Below, in pieces: positions 32,085 through 42,600 of a stretch of DNA of 64,000 nucleotides. Position numbers and translations under genes: made by a program. This DNA comes from Macrostomum hystrix (taxonomy: Eukaryota > Animalia > Platyhelminthes). The notes beneath the pieces were generated by a model. That model saw nothing but the letters and a program-made list of their open reading frames with translations, was not told where the DNA came from and did not search any database. The stretch is from NCBI GenBank assembly GCA_950097015.1, contig CATNEN010000008.1, forward strand, positions 4,278,001 through 4,342,000, given 5' to 3'. The stretch's first letter is position 1. Every line of letters begins with the position of its first letter.

Positions 32085-32098
32085 GTTACCATGGCAAC
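32085..32098. promoter_or_regulatory. RFX X-box GTTACCATGGCAAC
   Basis: Exact fit to the X-box consensus GTHNYYATRRNAAC; minus-strand TATAAAT at 32060-32054, 24 nt further downstream in PLC orientation. Confidence 0.55.
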
Positions 32099-32449
32099 TC
32101 CATTTGCCTTCCCCGCCACATTACCAGTCAGCCGAGTCAGCACGGCCCACAGCTTCTAAACAGTTTCATCTGAAAAAATTTCTGGCTTCCTCCGAATTAC
32201 AGCTTATATCCCGAAGCCCCACAGATGGTGACGATGGCGACGATGTAGATATATGGGAAACTGGCTGACAAGAGCGAGGGAAATGAGGAGCTGGGCATCA
32301 GAGACCTTGGATACAGGGAACTAAAGACCTTGACCTGGGGCTCGAAAGCTGACCTTAAACTGAAATTCTGAGACAAGTAATTCGGGACTTTCAATCGGGG
32401 TGTGGGGAACTGAGAGTAGGGATCCGAGATTTTGGGATTTGAGGAAAGG

Positions 32450-33750
32450 GATCAGAGAGAGGGGATCTGAGAGTGGGGATCTGAGAGTGGTGATCTGAGA
32501 GTAAGTATCTGATATTGGAGATCCAAGAGTAGGATAAGAGAGTAAGGATCTGAGAGTGGGGATCTGAGAGTAAGGATCTGAGAGTGGGGATCCGAGAGTA
32601 AGGATCTGAGAGTGAGGTCCCGAGAGTAGGGATCAGAGAGTGGGGATCTGAGAGTTGGGATCAGAGAGTGGGGATCTGAGAGTGGGGATCTGAGAGTGGG
32701 GATTTGAGAGTAGGGGTCTGAGAGTGGGGATCAGAGAGTGGGGATCTGAGAGTTGGGATCAGAGAGTGGGGATCTGAGAGTGGGGATCTGAGAGTGGGGA
32801 TTTGAGAGTAGGGGTCTGAGAGTGGGGATCAGAGAGTGGGGATTTGAGAGTAGGGGTCTGAGAGTGGGGATCAGAGAGTGGGGATCAGAGAGTGGGGATC
32901 TGAGAGTGGGGATTTGAGAGTAGGGGTCTGAGAGTGGGGATCAGAGAGTGGGGATCTGAGAGTTGGGGTCAGAGAGTGGGGATCAGAGAGTGGGGATCTG
33001 AGAGTGGGGATTTGAGAGTAGGGATCTGAGAGTGGGGATTTGAGAGTAGGGATCTGAGAGTAGGGATCAGAGAGTGGGGATCAGAGAGTGGGATCTGAGA
33101 GTGGTGATCTGAGAGTAAGTATCTGATATTGGAGATCCAAGAGTAGGATAAGAGAGTAAGGATCTGAGAGTAAGGATCTGAGAGTGGGGTCTGAGAGTGG
33201 GGATCTGAGAGTGGGGATCTGAGAGTGGGGATTTGAGAGTAGGGGTCTGAGAGTGGGGATCAGAGAGTGGGGATCAGAGAGTGGGGATCTGAGAGTGGGG
33301 ATTTGAGAGTAGGGGTCTGAGAGTGGGGATCAGAGAGTGGGGATCTGAGAGTTGGGGTCAGAGAGTGGGGATCAGAGAGTGGGGATCTGAGAGTGGGGAT
33401 TTGAGAGTAGGGATCTGAGAGTGGGGATTTGAGAGTAGGGATCTGAGAGTAGGGATCAGAGAGTGGGGATCAGAGAGTGGGATCTGAGAGTGGTGATCTG
33501 AGAGTAAGTATCTGATATTGGAGATCCAAGAGTAGGATAAGAGAGTAAGGATCTGAGAGTAAGGATCTGAGAGTGGGGTCTGAGAGTGGGGATCAGAGAG
33601 TGGGGATCTGAGAGTTGGGGTCAGAGAGTGGGGATCTGAGAGTGGGGATCTGAGAGTGGGGATTTGAGAGTAGGGATCTGAGAGTGGGATCTGAGAGTGG
33701 GATGTGAGAGTAGGGATTTAATATTGGAGATCTGAGAGTGGGGATCTGAT
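32450..33750. repeat. 14-bp minisatellite GATCTGAGAGTGGG with internal block duplications
   Basis: The spacer TAAGTATCTGATATTGGAGATCCAAGAG recurs three times. Confidence 0.96.
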
Positions 33751-33829
33751 GCTAGAGATCCAGAAGTAAAATTTGCTGTCTGAATTTTTATTGAATTCGC
33801 GACTTGCGAGTCAGATTTCAGATAAGGGA

Positions 33830-33993
33830 CCTACGAGTAGAAATATTCACGAATAACCATCCGAGAATGAGGATCTCGTATATGGAGATCTAAAAATAAG
33901 AACCTACGTAGGATTGAGTGTCTGGGACTTTTTACACTCGCCTCGTCAAAGCAGCTCGTTATCTTGTCTACATCGTTCTGATCCTGATGCCGA

Positions 33994-34038
<45 letters not shown>

Positions 34039-35164
34039 TGTGAGCCCAAGATGCCACGCTCTTTAGCTAGTCTAGTTGCCAAGTGCCAGCGAGACTGTTG
34101 CTGCTGACACTTGTCTCTCGACCTTTCGATTAAGGTACGATTTTTCAGGCTTTAGCGACACAAAAGATTGTAGAGAAACGCGAAGAGAGAGTAGTAGAGA
34201 CTGCCACCCACCTGGAGCACTGCGGCAGCAGCTGTTGCTGCGAGCTCTCCTCGCGTCCGGACAACCTTCGACGACGCCGCGGCGAGCGCGACACCGCCGC
34301 CGCCACTGTGGCGGCCATTGTGACCACCCCAAGCCTCAGTGCCAGCTGGATGAGAATTCGCGACTCCCTGCGAATGAGCCCGCCGACATCCAGCTGCACG
34401 GGTGTGACACCCGTGACATTCTTGACGATCGTACTGGCGCCAGCTTCGAGTAGGTGACGCAGGACATTCAGCGAGGCGGCCCCGTCTTCATTAGAGGCCG
34501 ACGGTGCTGCGCCAGCGGCCGACACAGCCAGGTGGAGCGGAGAGTAGCCGAGGCAGCGGTCGGAGCAGTCGGGCTTGGCTCCATGCGCCAGCAGCAGCGC
34601 TACGAGGGCAGGCCGGCACAGCGCCGTGGCCAGGAGAAGCGGCGGAGCCTCCGCCAGCGCTGATGCCTGGTAGGCAGCGGAACGAGCCAGGCGGCAAACG
34701 AAGGCGGACCGCCGACTGCCGTCGGCCCGCTCAGCTGCTGCGTCAATCAGCCATTGCCGAATGGAAGGCGCAGCGGAGTCCGCGGGTGTCAGCGGCCCCA
34801 GCTGCTGCTGCTGCAGCCAGTTTGCCAGCGCGGCCCAGGAGCCGGAGTCAGCAGCTGGACCCGGCCGGTTGGGGTCGAAAGAGCCGTCGCCACCGCCACC
34901 GCCGCCGAAGCGCAGCAGGATGCGCAGGCAATCCTCGGCGTTGGCGGCTACCGCGGCGTGAAGGCAGCGTCGGAGGCGACGCGAATTCTCGTCATCGCTG
35001 TTGTCGCCGACAGCTGCGGTCACGGCGCGCCACCATCGGCGCAGGAGTCGGCGGAGGCCTTCGGAGTCGCGGCTTGCAATGGCACTCTCGATGCTGCTCA
35101 ACTCACTTGAAGGAATGACCGGCTGCTTCTGCCGTTGCTGGCAGCTGTCTCCACTCAGCAACAT
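33830..35164 (-). CDS. Ankyrin-repeat coding exons (35164-34212 and 34149 to about 33950); probable PLC-epsilon N-terminus or a separate gene
   Basis: ATG at 35164. CLHAAVAANAEDCLRILLRFG, PPLLLATALCRPALVALLLAHGA, YSPLHLAVS, LRHLLEAGASTIVKNVTGVTPVQL are ankyrin motifs. A 62-bp GT-AG intron (34211-34150) joins the two ORFs in frame. The downstream donor is ambiguous. Confidence 0.8.
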
Positions 35165-35946
35165 TGGACCACACGAAGAATTTTCCCGAGCGAAAGTTTC
35201 TGTTAGTCTCGCACCTGCGCGTTAATTAACAGATCAGTTTGATCATATTCGATTTTACAAGAATAAATTTGTTGAAAGATTTGGTAACCTTACATAACCC
35301 CAGCAAAAAAGTCACCTCATTGAAACTGATACTTATTCAAACAAAACTGCACTATTCCTATCTATAAGTCTGACGTCGGTATGCTAATGTCTGTACTAAA
35401 ATAAAATTAGTGCATGATAAGATGAAAAACACGGTCAGTAAAGATTGACTCTAATAATTCGAGACTAGAATTAGCTCTGACAACAGGATGTATTCATAAA
35501 TAAGAGACATAGAGACTGAAACCAAGGAAGGAGCGAGGGCTAGGTCACTTCATCTTGTCAGCGCGTTCTGGTGTGAAACGACATGCTCAGCAAAACCTCA
35601 GCAAAAAATAAACTCGGGGCCAAAAATTGATTTGCATCCCGTTTGACAGCTCGCTGTACGGGAAGTGACCCGAATGTGGCCGAATACCAATAGGCTGGGA
35701 CACTAAACTATTCGTACCGCGCAAATCTCCTTTTGATGGAACAAAATCGACATGAAACTCCTCCTCCGGCGGAAAAAAGGCGACATGGGAGCAAAGGTTA
35801 TAAAAAATTCCCTGGGATATTACGCATAAACTCTCAAATTCTTTCAGTGGAACAGGACCCTTCGACGGGAGAAGGGCGACATAGGAGCTAAGGTTCTAAC
35901 GAATTGAACAGGGATGTATGTAAAAAGGGTTTCGAATGTGCTGATA

Positions 35947-36502
35947 CGGGATCTGGGATCGGGATCTGGGATCGGGATCTGGGATCGGGATCTGGGATCG
36001 GGATCTGGGATCGGGATCTGGGATCGGGATCTGGGATCGGGATCTGGGATCGGGATCTGGGATCGGGATCTGGGATCGGGATCTGGGATCGGGATCTGGG
36101 ATCGGGATCTGGGATCGGGATCTGGGATCGGGATCTGGGATCGGGATCTGGGATCGGGATCTGGGATCGGGATCTGGGATCGGGATCTGGGATCGGGATC
36201 TGGGATCGGGATCTGGGATCGGGATCTGGGATCGGGATCTGGGATCGGGATCTGGGATCGGGATCTGGGATCGGGATCTGGGATCGGGATCTGGGATCGG
36301 GATCTGGGATCGGGATCTGGGATCGGGATCTGGGATCGGGATCTGGGATCGGGATCTGGGATCGGGATCTGGGATCGGGATCTGGGATCGGGATCTGGGA
36401 TCGGGATCTGGGATCGGGATCTGGGATCGGGATCTGGGATCGGGATCTGGGATCGGGATCTGGGATCGGGATCTGGGATCGGGATCTGGGATCGGGATCT
36501 GG
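35947..36502. repeat. Perfect 13-bp minisatellite CGGGATCTGGGAT, about 43 copies
   Basis: No variant units seen within the array. Confidence 0.97.
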
Positions 36503-37180
36503 AGTCAAGAACGGATTGAGGATATGAAAAAACGGGATTAAAAAACGAAAACCTAATGAGGATAATGATGATGGCAGAAAGCATTAGCGTATTTAAAGTA
36601 CATAATGAGAGCTCCAGGTGGATAAGATGAGAAACTGTGAGATGGAGATCGCGAGGCAGACTTTAAAGAAGGAGTCTGGCTGTGTGGCTGTCGTACAGAA
36701 TCTGAAGCGGTCGGCAGTAATATGTTTTTATTTGCAGACGGAGTCACAGATAAGGCGAAACGATCCCGGAACCGCTGATTGCAGAATCAATTTGAAGGCA
36801 CTTACCTGCTGATTGCGGCCTGGTTGGCAGGCAATTTGGAAGGCGCAATTTTTCCTTTTAGATTAATTCAGACGAATGAAGGACCCTTATAAGGACCTCA
36901 GTTGTCTTTTTCTGTCTCGGCTTAGCCAGGCCTGGCCTGTGCGGCCCATTTTTGTATCCGCTTATTTTCCTCACCGCTTTTCAATTGGCTGCTTGCGATC
37001 GATGCTTGCACAATTTTTTTCATCCACACCGAAAGAACTGCTAGCGCGAACACGCGCGTGAAGGGGTTAAGTTATAATAAAAAAAGAGAAATAGATAGAA
37101 ATATTTTCCTTGATAGAAAACAAAATGCGCAACACATCATTCCAAAGACCTGTACGAGGTGCAGATCACCTCTTAAATAC

Positions 37181-37905
37181 AGTCTGCCTGCCAGACACAA
37201 TCCCTACCTGTCAGACACAATCCCTACCTGTCAGACACAATCCCTACCTGTCAGACACAATCCCTACCTGTCAGACACAATCCCTACCTGCCAGACACAA
37301 TCCCTACCTGCCAGACACAATCCCTACCTGTCAGACACAATCCCTACCTGCCAGACACGATCCCTACCTGCCAGACACAATCCCTACCTGTCAGACACAA
37401 TCCCTACCTGCCAGACACAATCCCTACCTGTCAGACACAATCCCTACCTGCCAGACACGATCCCTACCTGCCAGACACAATCCCTACCTGTCAGACACAA
37501 TCCCTACCTGTCAGACACGATCCCTACCTGCCAGACACGATCCCTACCTATCAGACACGATCCCTACCTGCCAGACACGATCCCTACCTGCCAGACACAA
37601 TCCCTACCTGCCAGACACAATCCCTACCTGTCAGACACAATCCCTACCTGCCAGACACAATCCCTACCTGCCAGACACAATCCCTACCTGCCAGACACGA
37701 TCCCTACCTGCCAGACACAATCCCTACCTGTCAGACACAATCCCTACCTGCCAGACACGATCCCTACCTGCCAGACACAATCCCTACCTGCCAGACACGA
37801 TCCCTACCTGCCAGACACAATCCCTACCTGCCAGACACAATCCCTACCTGCCAGACACAATCCCTACCTGCCAGACACAATCCCTACCTGCCAGACACAA
37901 TCCCT
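37181..37905. repeat. 20-bp minisatellite CAGACACAATCCCTACCTG(T/C)
   Basis: About 36 copies, intergenic. Confidence 0.97.
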
Positions 37906-38484
37906 GTGATCTGTGTGAATAGTTACGATTTAAATGGAATTACTTGCACAATAAAATTAATAGAACGATGAAAACTGGCATTTGCTACACTTAGGAAAAA
38001 ACTCTACAGAATTGGCTTCTGTAAAAGCGATATAAAAATTAAATTACAAACCGAATTACCTATAAATGGTATGTATTTTATCAATTGAAAACATTTTACT
38101 CAAGGCTGGTCAGGTAAAGTTTAACATTTAACAAAAATAACTCGGAATTGTAGCATTGGATCAGGCTGAGTTAGAATGTGATGAAAACTTGTGAAATGTC
38201 CGAGAGTCACTTGTTAGGAAAAAGTTGTCAGGCACTTTTATTGGACAATTTTATAAACAAACTAAGAAAACTAATTTATTGAAGTCGCTACTTAAAAACG
38301 AATTATTCATCAAGTTTATTAGCAAAAGATCTCTTAACATTTCTTGTTAGTTCGAAAACAGTTACCATAATTCAACTATACTTAAACTTACAAGAAATGT
38401 TAAGAGTTCAATAAAAATCACAAAATCAATATCAAATATGAAAGGCAAAGGATTTGCTAAAACTGATAAATTCGTTTTACCATC

Positions 38485-39520
38485 CAAAATCCCAGAATTT
38501 TCACAAAAATCCCAGAATTCTCACAGAAATCCCAGAATCTACATAGAAATCCCAGAATCCTCACAGAAATCCCAGAATCCTCACAGAAATCCCAGAACCC
38601 TCACAGAAAGCCCAGAATCCTCACAGAAATCCCAGAATCCTCACAGAAATCCCAGAATCTTCACAGAAATCCCAGAATCTACATAGAAATCCCAGAATCC
38701 TCACAGAAATCCCAGAATCCTCACAGAAATCCCAGAACCCTCACAGAAAGCCCAGAATCCTCACATAAATCCCAGAATCCTCACAGAAATCCCAGAATCT
38801 TCACAGAAATCCCAGAATCTACATAGAAATCCCAGAATCCTCATAGAAATCCCAGAACCCTCACAGAAAGCCCAGAATCCTCACAGAAATCCCAGAATCT
38901 TCACAGAAATCCCAGAATCTACATAGAAATCCCAGAATCCTCACAGAAATCCCAGAATCCTCACAGAAATCCCAGAACCCTCACAGAAAGCCCAGAATCC
39001 TCACATAAATCCCAGAATCCTCACAGAAATCCCAGAATCTTCACAGAAATCCCAGAATCTACATAGAAATCCCAGAATCCTCATAGAAATCCCAGAACCC
39101 TCACAGAAAGCCCAGAATCCTCACAGAAATCCCAGAATCCTCACAGAAATCCCAGAACCCTCACAGAAAGCCCAGAATCCTCACATAAATCCCAGAATCC
39201 TCACAGATATCCCAGAATCTTCACAGAAATCCCAGAATCTACATAGAAATCCCAGAATCCTCATAGAAATCCCAGAACCCTCACAGAAAGCCCAGAATCC
39301 TCACAGAAATCCCAGAATCCTCACAGAAATCCCAGAATCTTCACAGAAATCCCAGAATCTACATAGAAATCCCAGAATCCTCATAGAAACCCCAGAATCT
39401 TCACAGAAATCCCAGAATCCTTACAGAAATCCCAGAATCCCGACAGAAATCCCAGAATCCCGACAGAAATCCCAGAATCCCGACAGAAATCCCAGAATCC
39501 CGACAGAAATCCCAGAATCA
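38485..39520. repeat. 20-bp minisatellite CAGAAATCCCAGAATCCTCA
   Basis: About 50 copies just downstream of CROT. Confidence 0.97.
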
Positions 39521-39688
39521 CTCATAAAGAATCCTTAATCTCACACAGAAATCCCAAAAACCTAAAATTCCCCGGAGTCTGAAATATATATATTTACGGA
39601 ATCCATACAGAAGTTTCCCAATCCCAATAATATTTAATTAAACCAATAATCCTGAGCAGAATCAACTTGATCAGAAAAATCCCCAAAA

Positions 39689-42600
39689 CTAAAGTCGAGC
39701 AGCAGCAGCAGTGCCAGTCTCCTGGCCGTCGATGACGAAGCGCCGAATGTCGGTCAAACTGGAGCCGACATGCCTGGCCAATCGTTTCAAGCAGGTGTCC
39801 GCATCGGCTGTCCACCTGGTCAGGTTGAAGAAAATCTTGGCCGGCCCGATGCGGTAGAACACGCCGTATCCGCTGGCGCACATTGGCGCCACGCAGCCGA
39901 TGCCCGTATAAGAGCCCAGGTAGCTGGTGCTCAGCACGAAGTTGCCACCGCCGCCAGACTTGGCGTAGGCCGGATCGGCGAACAGTGCTGGCAGGGGCGC
40001 GCCCGACTCCAGCGCCAGGAGCTGCAGACCCAGAAGGTGACGGTCGCAGCCTCGGCCCGACTCGCATCTAGAGGCACAGGTTAGTGGTCCGTACATCGAA
40101 ATGAACATGCACGTCATACTTCTACATTCAAACTCTGATGTAAATTAAAACTCTGATGTACATTTAATCTCTGATGTACATTTAATCTCTGATGTACATT
40201 TAATCTCTGATGTACATTTTGTCTCTGATGTATATTCAAACTCTGATGTACACTTAAACTCTGATGTACATTTAGTCTCTGATGTACATTTAAACTCTGA
40301 TGTACACGAACTAAAGTACATTAAAACTCTGAGTTAAACTCACAAAGTGGAGAGTTGTGACTACTCCGGATAAGTGAGCGCGGCGTGGGAGGGCCACCTG
40401 TTTATCGATTGCTCTCTCTCTGTCTGTATCTGACTGAGGTGAGCGCTTATGCTACCCCACCCCCAGCCATTGGGGGGTGTTTTTTAATGACGTGCGCGGG
40501 TGCCAAAGCGGCGGCTGCCCTGTCTAGCACTCGACTTGCCTCGGCGCTGTTCACTAGTGTACATTAAAACTCTGATGTACATTCAGATATTAACGTTTGA
40601 CCCACTGAGGGTTTTTACTCCAAGTTACCCTAATTATCGACTCTCGAGCCTCAACACTTTTCTACCTCCTCAGCCAGCCTTTCCCTTATATCAATTTGTT
40701 AGATTGCTTACAATCGAAAAAAATACTTATACTGACACTTTAAGTAGCGTATATAGTACAGCATCACAAATGCATTGTTAATATTGTTCAAATGTATTTA
40801 TCTTCCTTTCACTGCCGCTATTAGTAGAGTAGGTAGGACATTAAAATGTTAAATAAAAAACGTTTCGTTATTTTGTTATTTGCCAATATTAAAACAAGAC
40901 ATGCGTTATGTTCTTCTTAAAATTTACTTCCAAATGCAAAGTCAGCAACTACGCTATACCGAGGAGTAACAAATTGCCTTCGTGCCCAAAATCAATCGAA
41001 AGTGTGCTATATTGAAGTGTACTTCTTTACAAGGGGATCAAAATCGCCAGCAGATGCTATGGAGTTTCTGCGCGACATTGGCTCAGCTGACTCAGTGCAC
41101 CAGAGTCACCGAGTCACCAGAGCGCTAGCGGACAAGTGGGCGCAGGACTAATTTTCGGTGGGACGCTCGACTTGTCACATTGCCCGACGAAGCATGTCCC
41201 ATGCCGGAGAACCGATTAATGTATTGCGGTGGCGTACGACGGGTGCTGTGGCGTACGCCAGCATTGAAAATTATTTGGAAAATCAGCGGCGGCTGATTGA
41301 GGAGCACCTAGCAGGCCAAAGCCCTGGATCTAGCCTCGTCGCTCGCGCTGCCTCAGACCAGGCGGCCCAATGCCGCGATCGGCTAACCGCCGTGGCTTCC
41401 GGAGGGCCAGTCCCTGGTGGCCGAGGTCAAGATCTGCCGCTCGGAACAAGAGGAACTGGTCTATCTGCACATCCATCGCTGCGACATCCTCGCCTACACC
41501 GACGGCTCATCGTCCCACGCTACTGACTGCCACGGCTTTGTGCCAGTGCTGACGTCCGGTAATCCAGCGGCTCCCACCATCTTGGCCACTATCACCGGCC
41601 AGTTGCCTGTGAGCTTGACGCGATTGAGTCAGCCCTTCGGTGGGCGCACGGCAATGACTAAGTTTCGATTTCGCTGTGCGTGGACGGCCGCTCTGCCATT
41701 GAGAGGCTTCTCTTCCCGCGTTCTGAAGTCTCCCAGCGCTTTCCTGTACCTCATCTCATCCGTCATCATCGTTCGCGTTCACAACGGCGTCCCTGGAAAC
41801 ATTGCTGCCGACGCGGCGGCCAAAGTGGCCAAAAGCGAGGCGGCCCAAACGCCGTCTGACCCGCCTGGGCCTGGTCCGGTGTCCCTGGAAGTAGCCAATT
41901 TTCTCATTCGCTTTGGCATCAACAAGCCACCTACTGGCCACACTCGGTGCGCTGTCGTCTACATGGGGCCAGGGGGCCGGACAGCGGCCTCACTCGCCAC
42001 AACTCGGCCCTCCTGGCCCAACAGCGATCGGGCCACTGCCTGCATCTGCGCGCCACTGCCTGCATCTGCGCGCCACTGCCTGCCTAGCTGATTAGCCCGG
42101 ACATCGACCCAATCAACCGCTGTGTCTCCAGGCGTTTCTTGTGCTCAGGGGTGTCTGTGCTCAGGGGTTTCTGTGCTCAGGGGTTTCTGTGCTCAGGACA
42201 GGGGTGTCTGTGCTCAGCTCAGGGGTTTCTGTGCTCGGGTGGATAAAAAGCCAGCATCCAGATCCTCACCTAGCTCTGAGCTCGTTATGCCTGTTGTGCG
42301 CCGTCATAATGGCCGCCCGAGCCTCGGCGGCAGTCGCTGTCCCGTTAATCGCCGCTGTGACCGCTCGGCACATGGCAACAGATTCCAGGGTGCACGAGCG
42401 AATCGTCTCCGTCCGCCCCCGATGAAACTGGCGGGTGGTGGCCGTCTGGTAGGTCGGCGCCGGCCGGCCGCCGTGGCCGCGCCAGTAGGCCAGCTGAAGG
42501 GCCAGCTGCGTGACGGTGTCCGGGTGAAGCAGCAGCCGGCGAAGCTCAGCGCGCCCGAAGTCGGTGAACTCGTGCGGCAGGCTGTCCAGGCTGGCGCGCT

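Noticed and set aside
32100-32290. Possible PLC exon (PVSHISTSSPSSPSVGLRD...) with an in-frame TGA, suggesting readthrough or Sec
   Set aside because: No phase-consistent donor/acceptor pair, no homology and no SECIS seen; more likely promoter-proximal non-coding sequence.
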